Positions 38,672 through 51,509 of a DNA stretch of 64,000 nucleotides are shown piece after piece. Numbering within the stretch: position 1 is the stretch's first letter; each line of letters opens with the position of its first letter. The stretch lies in assembly GCF_964355755.1 (NCBI RefSeq), contig NC_092673.1, forward strand, positions 11,008,948-11,072,947, written 5' to 3'. A model generated the notes under the pieces. The model had not been told where the DNA came from and made no database searches. It saw nothing but the letters and a program-made list of their open reading frames with translations. This DNA comes from Antedon mediterranea (Eukaryota > Animalia > Echinodermata). The translations under genes were made by a program, and so were the position numbers.

Positions 38672-40458
38672 ATATGGCCAAGATTCAATAATCAGTATTG
38701 CTGCCGGGTCCTATCCTGTAAATTTACCCTGGGGACACCAAATAAGAGGGGTAAAAAATGGATTTAATCATGTGAAAAGCCACACGGATAAAAGTTGTTC
38801 GACATTGTTTCCATATGTGTATACAATGTTAAAACAACAATGACAGCCTACAAGATTTAATCTAACGAAGAGCCACACGGCCAAGTCCTTTTTTATTGGA
38901 ACTGTTACGTCATGGGATAGACGAAAATACTCATGACAGCAACTTTATCCTGTAAGTTGCCCCAGACAGTAGCCCAGAAAGTAGTAATAAGTAGTAACAG
39001 AAAAACACACAAAGAAGCATACAAAGGGATGGTGAGGTACGTTGAAAATGGAATAATTTGTAAACGTATTACCAAAATATGCCTGTAAAATCATGGATTT
39101 GTACAAAGAACAGTATAAGGCAGTCGGAGGTACTGACGATGATATTCGTTCCTATGCTTGTCAGCCATTGTTACTAAATTAATGACCACATTTAGAGATA
39201 GATTAAATATTAGCAAAGACTCAAACAAGGCTGGAAACTGTTTATACCCTGAAGACATGAGCGTCAATGAAGCTAAATCACGGTTAAAAGACCTCAATGA
39301 AAATGATGAAACAATTCAATGTGCGGCTTTTTGCGCTTCGGTCAGAAATCCTGAAAATGAAAAAAAAAAAAAAAATTCCTTCACCGACATCTATTCACAC
39401 AATGAAACAATGTTCACCACACGTACCACCTCTGACTAAATTGTTTTATCAAACATTGTTATGTGGATTATCTCCTAATCCCGGTGATGCGGCACTGAGT
39501 AAAACGCAATCACTGTTATTGGATGCTGTTTTTGCAACTTCACGAGGTACTGTCAGGCCCTGGAAGAACAACTTCATCTGATTTCTTAATATTGTTTCCT
39601 ATTATCTTTTTGGCAGATTTACTTATTCTTTTTACTTTTTTCTATAGGGGTTCTTAGCACTAGAATCATTCATTTGATTGATTGATAAAAGCATCAGATT
39701 TGGCATACATGTTGTATGGATGGTACTTAAAAAGATTAGGGGCAGACTGAGACCCCATCCAATTTTTCGCTTTTTATGATCCGCCATTTTGAAAAACAAG
39801 ATGGCCGACAATTTTCAAATATGGTGATGTATGGTATCATTGGAAAGGCAATTATACACTGATCAAATAATTGCATTACACTTGTACTAATAGATTAATA
39901 TTTATAGAGATATCATACAATAAAACAATACATGTGACCTTAAAAAGTGACATTTTAAAACTTTCCAAAATATTGTTGTGTTTGGTATCATTTTAAAGCC
40001 CATTTCAAGCCCTTTTAACAAAAAAAATGACTTATTGTATGAGTTGAGTTTTTTTATAATTTACCGATTCAACATTTACAATTTCCACTATTACACATAT
40101 TTTACAGCCACAATGAATGTTTAATGCCTCTACTACAGAAGCCCATTATGGGTGCCATCTTCATTTCAAAAGCAATACAGTACTAATTTAGAGGAATGTT
40201 TTGTGTAAAGAAATAATATTTCCTAGCAATGCTTGTATTTTATTCAATAGGCCTTTTTTATTTACTTCATCACACCTCCTTTAGGGGCATATATTATGCA
40301 CCCATTTACATACGATTTTATCAACGATTTTACAGGAAAAGGTGGTACAAATCAACATTAAAAATCGTCTAGAAAAATAAATTTTCATGCCAAATCTGGG
40401 GCCTTTATCAAAAAGTGAACGATTGACCTGTTTTTTTGTGCTAAGAAAACCCCTACTA
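38672..40458 (+). mobile_element. Deleted Academ-like element remnant
   Basis: Fragment HVPPLTKLFY...DAVFATSRGTVRPWK resembles the Academ N-terminal motif at 58.7 kb; right end ...CCCCTACTA (TAG terminus). Confidence 0.55.
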
Positions 40459-40529
40459 TTGAGTTTATTGGTTGGGAAAAGAAATAAATATAACTTTGTT
40501 TATTAGTGTTTTAACTTTTTGTTTAACAG

Positions 40530-40781
40530 TTTGAAGTGTGCCCTAAAAGACAATGTATATCGACACCAGGTGTAAGAATGGATCTGTTTCAGCGGGACTC
40601 CAGCCAAGTTCTTGTTACAGACTTCTTTGGTAATGTACGTAACATAGAAATCACAACAAATAAAGTGTGTCTACTTGGTGTGACAGTTGCTGATGAAGTT
40701 GACAGTAATATCGACAAAAGCAAAAATACAACTGAAATATTTTTGTATCCTGAACTATTTCCTAAGAGTTATGATACTAAA
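40530..40781 (+). CDS. PIGK: PIGK exon
   Basis: FEVCPKRQCISTPGVRMDLFQRD..VLVTDFFGNVR; AG/GT, phase 0. Confidence 0.95.
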
Positions 40782-41041
40782 GTGAGTAATTTTGTCAATG
40801 TTTTTTTCATTATACAATATGTCCTTGTATTTTTATGAATTTGGGTTCACCACAAACTAAAAAATAACATCCTTATCAAACTCAACCATAATACATTACC
40901 ATTTCAGAATGTATTATATCACTAGATATATCACTACTACGGTATATAAAATAAAAGTAATCATCATGTTAATGCCTGGATCTCACCAGGATGTTACCTA
41001 AAATAATGATTGAAGATTATGTTCATTTTTGTTTCTTACAG

Positions 41042-41143
41042 AAAAAAGAAAAACAACTACCTGTGCATCAGTCATTTGTTTTATCATGCAGTGTTTTTCT
41101 TATGCTATCTGGTGTCACATTTTTAACAAATCAAGTTTCTTGA
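41042..41143 (+). CDS. PIGK: PIGK last coding exon (transmembrane segment and stop)
   Basis: Acceptor TTCTTACAG; KKEKQLPVHQSFVLSCSVFLMLSGVTFLTNQVS*; hydrophobic anchor as expected. Confidence 0.8.
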   Translation, partial: KKEKQLPVHQSFVLSCSVFLMLSGVTFLTNQVS

Positions 41144-41599
41144 CGATAAAACTCATTGTCACATATATATGATTGCAATGGGTTTGGTGTGTTGTACGTA
41201 TGCTCAAGACATTTTATTTTTGTAGATATGTTTCTGAACATGCTCAAAATGAATTTCTGACTGTTTGGATTGCTTGTGCAATCCAAACACACACTTTGTT
41301 TGTGGAAAACCCTGTCATGTGGCTTGTTGATTTGTCCATAATTGTTGCATTTTGCTGGGGATTCCCTATCACTTAAGTATTTCCGTAGTACCCTATTTAT
41401 CTTCATTTCCCTACGTAATGTATTGGGCCGAATTTCCTTAGTAATTACGGACGTTCCAAACTTTGAAATAATAGTGTTTAATTGCTTCTTTCTGCAAATT
41501 TCGATCATATTTTCTTTTCTAGAGTGCAGTTTAAGCATTTAATTAATTAGCCCCTCCTACTGAGTTAGATATAAAACAATTTAGCTTTGATGGAATCAG

Positions 41600-42260
41600 A
41601 TTGTTTATTGAGTGTAGATTTTATCTCTTTGATCCACAACATCTCCTTAATTAGGCAATCAAACTTATCACTCTAAAGTATTCTAAGATATCACCAGTTA
41701 TGCCATGTTATTTTAGGTGGTCGCCTAATACTTTTGTTATGTTCATATGCATTTGTAAAGGTGTCGGCAAGTGTAACCGACATAGTTTGTATCACACAAA
41801 CCACATTGAAATTTTGAATTAATGATTCTGGGTTTCATTTCTTTTGGTTTTAAGGTGTCGCCTATCTTACGACTAGTAAATACTGTTAAAATATCATTTT
41901 CAATCTTCGCACTAAGTTGTTTAAGTTTGATCTTTCTACGGTAGTACAATCCTAATAGGCTGGGGAGATTCATCAGTTAGCATATCACACAAGTATTAAT
42001 GCATTGCTTGAAAACATTAGCAATATTACTAACAAGATCTAAAGGTTAATTCAACTTTTGAAAAACCTTTGTTACATTATCAACCTCTGCTAGGAAAATG
42101 TCATGCGTAGATGATAATTTGTAGGCCCTATTAAGCATTGTGTGAATTAGATTACGTTTATGTTTGATATCCACATGGCTATCATAATGTAATAATAAGT
42201 CTTTATTAGTGGATTACTTTGGTATCAAGAGTACATCGTTTTTTAGATAGTCATACCTAA
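41600..42260 (-). mobile_element. Penelope-like fragment (thumb and GIY-YIG)
   Basis: VFTSRKIGD, FQCGLCDTNYVGYTCRHL, CLIKEMLWIKEIKSTLN. Confidence 0.8.
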
Positions 42261-42908
42261 GAAATTAATTAATTATCTCTAGCAATTTCCAACTTGGGCA
42301 ATTACCCCTTAAAATAGTCCTGCGACCGTCCCTCAGTAAACAAAAGTTAACACTACTCGACAACTACTACTGTAGGCCAAACTATTCAGTCTAGCCTATC
42401 TAATGTTAGCAAAAGAGTTTTATTAAATTAGGTTAGAAAAGGTAAATTTTAATACTACATATTAAATAATATTTACAGTATGAGACAACCCAGGCCTCCT
42501 ACATACATACATATTATCAAGTTCAAAAAACATTTATTTGTTCAACAATGGCATATTTTTTAACAGTATAATATATAAGTGTTTATTTAAATGAAAACAT
42601 GGTACTAGATCAATTTCACAGTACATAAAAATCACAATTATGTCACATTTTCATTACGCAATAAATATGTTTCTTGATCACTGTGTGTTTTTTTTTATTG
42701 CATCTCTATGTCAACAACAATTACATATTTCTATAATCATGTAGGCAATACTTTGTACGTCAAGCGACATCTAAAAGAACTTGTTTTTAACAAGAACCTT
42801 CACCTAATCTCACAATGTGTATGGCCAACACAGTGCTGGCAGACTAGTCGCTACATGCATATTGAGATTTTTATAGACATGTTTAATAAATGGTATTCCT
42901 GGTTCATT

Positions 42909-43248
42909 AGGGAGTTTTCGCAACCTTACGAATACAATAACGAAAACGGATACTTTTGAGCTGATCCCCATTTCATATTCATAAAGCGTATTCGTGTTGA
43001 CGAATATCACCAGTCATATTTGTGACTACAAAACAAGTATAGTTTTTGATTATAATATAATTATACTTTTATTGAAAGTAATTTACTAAAGTAATTTACT
43101 AAAAGGCCAGGTCAATTTTGATAAATAGAAGGGATGGCGCCCTCAATATTTCGTTGTCATGCGAAACAGATTTTTACTGGCTTACGAAAAACGAATATGT
43201 GTGTGTGACGTGTTCGTTATCGTATTCGTAAGATTGCGAAAACTCCCT
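42909..43248. mobile_element. PIF/ISL2EU-type MITE
   Basis: TIR AGGGAGTTTTCGCAA.CTTACGAATAC, 3-bp TSD ATT. Confidence 0.88.
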
Positions 43249-46200
43249 ATTATCAGCCCTGATCATTTGGATTGATTTAATTAAATCACAATAAATTAAC
43301 AAGGTATATGGGGGTGTTCACTTGAAGTACTGTAGAAGAAGTGTTATTGAAATGCTCAAAGTGGACTTAAAACATTACCATTACCGCGATTTGAGGCTAT
43401 TTTTTCATTTGGAAATACTTTTGATACAATAGCAACAAATTCAAATAATAGTATAAAAATAAAATTGGCTAAAAATTTCCAAATGCAATTTGAGGATATT
43501 GTGTGCACTTTGATGTTTTTGTGTTAAACTTTTATGTGGAAAACTCTTTTGATTTCACTGATTGTGAAGTAAACAATTGACAGAAAATAAGAATGAGATT
43601 TTGAATTGAAAAACTTGCGCCAGTATTCTTAAACCGGACTTTAGTCGTACTTCAAAAAGTGGGTGGGTGAACATTATCAAGTGGTGACACATAGTAAAAC
43701 GCTTTTTTGTATTCCTTTATTAACACTGCCTCTGGGAATCTTCAGGTAACATTATACCACCTGCCATTTATTATTATTGTTATTTGATAATCAAAAACAT
43801 ATAAACAGTAACTGTTTTCACAATGTACATCAAATTTAACCAAATTTAATACATAATGAATTGTGCGATAACATATTTTTTACAAAGCTGGGTTATCTAA
43901 TTAAAATAAAAAGCTGCATGTTCACACACAAGTATTTCCCAATCTAAACATTATTTATTAAACATAATTACCGGTATATTATGGACATGGACAATAATTG
44001 ATTTCTCTATTTCAATTTTTTTCATAGACAGATTTATGAGTTAATAGAAAGTAATTTAGTAATTTTAAAACTGTCAAGATATAAATACTTGCTACTAATA
44101 TGAATGTAAAACCAGATACATAAAGCATTCCTGGATCAAGATATATGTTTATACAAAATAATATTATAGACATTTTAGTTCATTATCACATAATTGGGTT
44201 AATCTAAAAAATATATACAGATCATAATCATTAATGACATTCCAGTTGTTTCTTCAAAATAAGAGTCCAGATTCTCTTCACATTTATATCATGATAACCA
44301 TGTACACAATTAAAACGTGGTACTTAACATGTTTGAAGTAAATTACTGCACATTACTCAAATAAATCACTTAGGGATCCAGCCCAGTTTTATACTCTATA
44401 CTAACTATACATTAACTATCTTCTATTTTCTTGCACACTTAACTTAATTTTAAATTGAACAAATACATATTTGAATGCATCTTTACATTAGGTAAAGTAA
44501 ACTTCTTAGGCCTGTGTCATAGAACATATTTACAACAAAAAGCATCTATAATACACTTAACATTACAATAACAATAACATAACTATAGTAATTACCCAAT
44601 CAATTAAAACGTTGTGTTGCAGTGTAATGTAAAGCAAGAATGGTACATGCAATACATAGATAACAAATTGTTACATCAATGTAACACAACTCTTTCACGC
44701 ATTTGTACTTAGGTAACAATTATGTGTACATGTGAAAATTGTGTTCTTAGTGAACTCAAATTTTGAACTTCAAAACATAATAATGAACATTTAACTGTGG
44801 GGCAAGTAGTACTGTAGTGTATGTATGTAATTGCAATTATTAATGATGCTCTTCTATATTGATCTTGATAAAATGTTATACTACTTGAAATATGTATTAG
44901 TTTACAAATAATTGATATTTATGAGTGTGATTGTACAAAGAAGTTTCACTTTGTGAAAATCTTTCACATCATAAAATTATTTGTACCATAGCAAAAATAT
45001 AAAATATTCATTATTTCATGCATCTAAATACGGAGATTTCTATCATTTGAATCAAATTGAATAAAAGGTAGGCCTACATTTTGATTCACATTGATTGTTT
45101 TAAGGTTTGCATGGTGAAATCAATATATTGATATATAACTGTTCTACTCTGTGTCTAAATTTGTAACACTGCCTTTTTTTTTAGCTTCCTGGCCTAGCAT
45201 TCGTCAATGATTTACGATAGATATAATTGAATAAAGGTAGGTGTGTTATAAAACAAATAATGAAATGAATGGAAATTTACTGCTCTATTTTTAACACGGT
45301 TTCGCTTTGTTAAAATAGAGCAGTCAATTTTTCCAGCTCATAAACATTGCAAATCTCACTTAACTTTGACTTAAACATTCTCAAATCTTTCTCAAAACAT
45401 GACTTGGTAGAACTATAGCAACTGCATACCCACATATTTTCTGGTACTGAATTTGTTATTTCGAATGTGAATGTCACCACTTCAAATTTATAAATAACGA
45501 ATGCCCTTAAACAAATGTCATTAATAATAAAATCAATTTCATTCAGAAATAAACTGAAACAAGTACCATGTCTACATTCCTATGTTTTTGATTATCTTAT
45601 AAAAAAAAGATATTCTTGATAGATTGTACTGAAAACATTTGTTGAATACAAACAAGTTTTGGCATGCATTTTAAATATGATTACATCAACAAATGCAAAC
45701 CACTAAACACATATGCAATATCAATAATATGGATATATTATTACGATAACATTTTTTACTTTTAAGTAATTCATGATGGTTTAATATCTAAAAAGGAGGC
45801 AAAAAGTAAAAAACATTTATTATAGCTAAATGTTTCCTTCAAATACTGTGAGTATAACTTGTTACGCTGTAAAAGGATTAAAAATAAATAGTGAACACTG
45901 AATTATGATTATTAATTTACAAAATATGCATTACAGATATTTATTATCCAACCAGTGAGGTAGAAAAGAAAGTAATAAATAGAAAGCATAGTTATATTGT
46001 ATTTTTAGAAGAAACTTCCTTCTTTATTTCTGTTTCAGTTAAATTTCTCAGATGATTTTTATTTGACTTATACTTACAATAATTTGAATATTAAACCCAT
46101 GATCAGTTATGATGTCTAAGGGATAAAAAAAACTTTTAAAAAATGGCAAGTAGAGTATTGTATTAAACTTAAAATATAAGCACATTTGCAAGAAAAAAGA

Positions 46201-46372
46201 GAAATACACAGAGTTGTTTATTAATAATCTAATACATTTTGCACATTTCTTCGGACAATTTCATTATCCTTTTAAAAACAAAAATTAGAGATACCATTTT
46301 ATAAACAAAAATTACCCTCAAGTCATCTTAAGTGGTTCTAACTAAACCTACCTAATCAATGTTCATCAATAT

Positions 46373-46504
46373 TTACATAAATAGATTAACATAGTGATGT
46401 GATCGAGTCATTTGCTGAGCTTGATGCATTCTCGCCTTCACTGAGGCAAACCATGATGCTACATCTACGTGTGCTAGTTCATAGCGTTTAAAAAAACCAT
46501 GTTC
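46373..46504 (-). CDS. MAP2K7: MAP2K7 last coding exon
   Basis: EHGFFKRYELAHVDVASWF...*; acceptor TTGTAG. Confidence 0.92.
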   Translation of the reverse strand, partial: EHGFFKRYELAHVDVASWFASVKARMHQAQQMTRSHHYVNLFM

Positions 46505-47047
46505 CTACAAGAAGCAAGTTCATTATATTATTGCAAGAAAAAGGAGTGCAACAATAGTATCTGAAATACAGAGAGATAACTAGAGATTCTAATTTAATTT
46601 TTGATGACAGAACAATGTTCGGATCATAAATGCATCATCGATGCAAGGACATGTGCAAAAAAAGTATTTCGGCCAATGACAAGCGACGAATCAAAAAAGT
46701 CTTTTTGGATTGGTCAAATTAATTGTATTGTGCCTTAAAATTTCTAAAACTTTATCACAATTGCTTTTTTTTATCTAATTCATTGAAAAATTTCATTTTT
46801 AGTCGAGAAACATACAGTAGTTTTGTTATCTTTTGCTACACAATTTTAGAAAAGTGTAGCAATAAGGTTGTTTTGTATAGCTTTTTGCTATGCTAAACTG
46901 GCGAAATTATTCCCTCTAATTTGTATATATTGCATTTTTAAATGTCATTTTGATAGGCCTTCACACATTTATTTTAATCAAAATTCATTTTCTCATCACT
47001 TCCTTTTTTTTTTAAATAGCCCTGTTTAGAAATAATGTCACACTTAC

Positions 47048-47093
47048 AATTAAGGTCTTGTACTTGGGCCGTTTTGTACAGTCCTTAGTCAAG
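47048..47093 (-). CDS. MAP2K7: MAP2K7 exon
   Basis: CLTKDCTKRPKYKTLI; AG/GT, phases match. Confidence 0.93.
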
Positions 47094-47139
47094 CTGTAAT
47101 AAAACATGTTAAAAGGTGGTTATATTTTTTCATAATATA

Positions 47140-47570
47140 AAAATAATATAAAAATAACGCTTAAAAAAGAACGACATTTCGACTCCATCATGGGGTCATT
47201 ATCAAGTCCAATGAATGAAATTTTAAAAAACATGCAAAACAAAATAAAAACATCAATAAACACTCTAACGTAAAATTTACAACAGTATTAAACTATAAGA
47301 GCAAACCAAAACAGAACTGGAAACAATTGCACAAGGCCAACCTAAACTGATCAACAATACAAAGTCAACTCCCAAGTTGGAGGTATCTTGCATTCCATTA
47401 TTATGTAACTAGTTTTCAGTACCAACTTATTTTTGGCTTTGTTTATTTTAAATAAACATGTCTTCCTTTATGATCAGTCCTCTGGTGATCTCAATGCAAA
47501 ATAATGGACTAGTAAGTGAAACCTTTAGATTGGAGATCATTAATTAGATGGTCATACTTCTCAGATTTAT
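47140..47570 (-). mobile_element. Penelope-like 3' terminal fragment with hammerhead-like motif
   Basis: Minus strand CTTGATAATGACCCCATGATGGAGTCGAAATGTCG; upstream LIIKEDMFI remnant. Confidence 0.5.
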
Positions 47571-48125
47571 AAATGTGAGCTTGGGCCATATTCGGCTCAA
47601 AGGGGACACAACACAAACAATATCCGGCTTAAGATTAGTACAATTAGGGTATTGGGAGGGATATCCATCAACGGTAGAAATCCACAAAGGAAATACTAAT
47701 TCAAAAATAAATATGGTAGGTACAAAGAAAAAGTAAGTGTTTATTGTGAAGAGAAATAATTCTGAAAATAAATATTAATATGGTAGTAGAAGATACATTA
47801 CAAAGAAAATATATGTATGTACATTTAATATTCATTTAAAACGCAAATAAGATTTAAATCGACCAGAAATAATAACAAAGAATAAGTACAAGATGTCAAG
47901 TACGCCACAGTAGGTCGAGCCTAGTTTTGGAGCTTAATTGTTTGTGTAAGGATTATTGGACAACAAGTCCCCTATTCAACAACTAGATGTCCCCTTAATA
48001 CACCTAGTTTCTCGAAACAGTTCCCTTAATGTGGTGTTTTAAAGGAAGTTTTACTGTACTGCATATATTTGTTAAAATGTAGAAAATTCTCATATTTGTA
48101 TTGTATAACAAAATATAAATCTCAC

Positions 48126-48268
48126 CAGCATTGCACAAAGGAATGAAAATCACAAGAAAATCCTCTGTTTGGTGGTAACTTTGGTGGATCTTCTGAAAGA
48201 ACCCTTGCTAGTACCTCAAAGTCATTATTACAATTCTTGTAGGGAAATTCGCCTGTTGCAAGCTCAAC
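48126..48268 (-). CDS. MAP2K7: MAP2K7 exon
   Basis: VELATGEFPYKNCNNDFEVLARVLSEDPPKLP..GFSCDFHSFV. Confidence 0.96.
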
Positions 48269-48879
48269 CTTAAATAAATATATATTAGTTTTCAAGTAAA
48301 TGAGAGCATCAATAATGAAATATCCCACTCATATCCCACATGCATAATTAAAAATATTTTGAACTTATTAATAATTATAATAAAATTTAACACCAAATGC
48401 ATAGAATTACAAGAATAAGAATAACAAAAGCATTTCAATCAGGTACTGTACACTGTAAAGTAAGGGGATTTTCATAACAGAAACCATCTTGCAGCTATGA
48501 AAAATGCCAAGCATTTAAAAAAAATATATATAACTTTGTAGAACTATATAAAATTGTGCCCATATTTTGAGGTAAACTTGTTATTTAACCAAATAAGGTG
48601 ACTGACTAAAGTTGCTATAATGTCATTAACAGCTTTTACGAAAGGGAATAGCTTGGAAGAAAAGTTGGAATGTTCTCGTAATCTCAATGATAACAATCTT
48701 ATTGTACATTATAAGGGCAACCACATATCTGCATACAGTATATCAAATCATCAATACTTGAAAATGTTGATAGTAACAGAATTTATTATGGGGATGTATT
48801 ATGGTCTCCCATCAATTAATTTTGGTGTTATACAAGTAAAGTTGCTACAAGATTGTAAAGACAAAATTTGATATTAGAA

Positions 48880-49320
48880 ACAGTTTGGGAATAGAAAACA
48901 AATATCAACTACTCATTATTTAATTGATTTAACTCATAATTTGTATTCTAATCTAGATAAACCCGGGATGAAAGCCAGAATTGTTACTACAGATTATAGT
49001 AAAGCTTTTGACCTTATTGATCATACTGTTATTGTACAAAAGATGATTAATATAGGAATAAGAAGAGAGATTATGCCATGGGTGTGTGATTTTCTCACTA
49101 ATAGACGCCAAAGGGTAATTTAGTTTGCTTTCTGAATGGAAATCAACTTCATGTGGTACTTAATGTGAACCTACTTTATTCCAAATTATGGTCAATGATT
49201 CTGTTATTGATACTGAACAAAGATTGAAATTTGTTAATGATTGGACAATTCCTGAAGTTTCATATATAAATGATAACGATGCAATACAAACTCATATCAA
49301 TGAACTTATTCAGTGGAGCA
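48880..49320 (+). mobile_element. Degraded LINE RT fragment
   Basis: QFGNRK..ST, DYSKAFDLIDH, WVCDFLTNRRQRV. Confidence 0.8.
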
Positions 49321-49737
49321 AAAATATATTTTCTGTTATCAAATTAATACACTGAGCTCCAGTATTTTTTTAATTTGACTATCTTTTGTTGGCTGTTATG
49401 AACCATTAAGCCAAGGTTTTTATTTGGGTACACTTTGATTTGCCTCCTCTCCTTGATAACAGACTTGACACAGAAATCAATATAAACTTGATATTGCCTC
49501 TGTTGCTTAATTATTTAACTATTTACAAACACATTCCAGTTTGTAGCTTCAAAAGAACCTTTGAGAGTTTCAATGTTTTCCTGAGGTCACACTTCGGGTT
49601 TGTTTCTGCTGCATAACACAAATTAACCATTTATTTTAAATAGATTAAAAATAACAAGATTTTGGTGGCAAAGTATGTTTTAAGCAGTGAGGTAAAGCCA
49701 AAGGGCGTACTCCACACTGAAAAGTGATTCCAACAGT

Positions 49738-50090
49738 AGGGGGAACCAACAAGATGGCGGTCGTAAATGTGTTCAAAAACATTATTTAATATAAAAAATA
49801 ATAATCTAATATAATACATTAAGACCACATAAATTACAACACATATTCTTGCCAAAGCACACTAAAGGTTTTATAAAATTAAATATATTGTTAATCGCAA
49901 TGGAATTAATAATAATAATTTCTTGGTAATCTAGCATTTTTTGTATACGAGGATCATATTGAATGCGTTTGCGTTATACGATTAACACGCTGCAATGATT
50001 ATCTTTCTCACGCAGACAGGTGTATAGCAGTGCGTACTGCATAGGGCATATCTGATTGGTTGATTGCAGCCGCCATCTTGTTGGTTCCCT
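49738..50090. mobile_element. MITE
   Basis: 20-bp inverted repeat GGGAACCAACAAGATGGCGG / CCGCCATCTTGTTGGTTCCC. Confidence 0.7.
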
Positions 50091-51509
50091 CTCCATGGAG
50101 GCTCACTTTTTGAACATTGTTCTTTGCAATCTAGCCTTCGGCTATATAAAATCTTTAGTTTTGAGGGTCAAGGTATCTAAATACAGCATTTTGAAGTTCA
50201 CTCAATGGCCGCCATCTTGTTTTTTTCAAAATGGTCGCCTTATAATTTACCGATTTTTCCTCATATCTCAGCTTCTACATCATATGAACATGATTTTGGT
50301 GGAAAAGTATATGTTTTTAATTAAGGTCAACAAATCCAAATACAGTATTTTAAAGTTCATCTTATGCCCGCCATTTTGTTTTAAAAAATGGCTGCCATAA
50401 AATTTACAGATTTGTTTTCGTACCTCAGCATCTTCATCGTGCATGGAAGTGATTTTGGTGGCAAAGTTTATTATTATTATGTTATGAGTGTCAAGAAATC
50501 TAAATACTGTAAACATTTTTTGAATTTCACTCAATGGCTACCATAAGCTATATATTTTTGCTGATTGATGAGCTACTATGATTATGATTTTGCTAAGCAA
50601 ATTCAGCTTTTGAAATACAGTTGGAAAGTGATGACGAGAATAAGTCAATATGTTGGTGATAATATATGGGAACCACAATGATTATGACCCCAGGTACACA
50701 AGAAGATATCAGCGATGTACTGCACCTATATCATTCGCGTGAAGAACCTAAAATTAAAATATTCTTAAAAAGTTTCTTAGACGTAGACATTTTAAGATAT
50801 TTTCCAAATCCTAAAGAGAAGCATGGCCAACTTTAGTTAAGAATATTCCAATCAAATACATTATGGATAAAGCAAGTAAAGTAATTTAAAGCAACATATC
50901 TTATGTGACTGAAAGGATGGTTACCTGATACACTGGGGACTTTAAACACTACTTCACCCTAACTGGTCTGGATTTATGCATGTAGGTATCATGCGATAAC
51001 TGGACAAATCAAAGATAGTTTTTGCCGAGAAAATGTATATCTAGCTGCTCATCACAACCATCCACTACAACCCTTTCTGGGTTATAGTGGACATAATGGT
51101 GGGTTGAGGTTTTGAATACCGTATGTGCATAACCTACTTTAAAGAGAGCTGTATATTCAAAGGCTCTTAGTGGATGCAGCTATGTATCATATAATGATGA
51201 CACAAGATGTACCATTTTGTCTCCAGAGACACAGTATAGAACAATTGACCATGGCCAATATTCCTGAACGACAAATTTCCACATACAGTACAATACAAGA
51301 TATTCCAAAAGAATGGATATCACACAACATGTTATAATGGTGAAGAATCAGTTTTCAGACATGATCACAATAGAGGAAACCCTATGTATCTTTAAATTTG
51401 TTTTTCAGCATTTCCAGTAATAGATATTAGCCTTCCACTTTTGGCATTTTGGCCATGACCAGCAGCTGCAAATATGAAAGCATACCGTAGATGCTATATC
51501 TGAACCTGG

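Noticed and set aside
41131-41538. 135-aa antisense ORF at the PIGK 3' end
   Set aside because: No recognisable motif, non-ATG start; plausible by chance.
50560-51500. Another degraded transposase
   Set aside because: Only tiny motifs (WSGFM); not enough to call.
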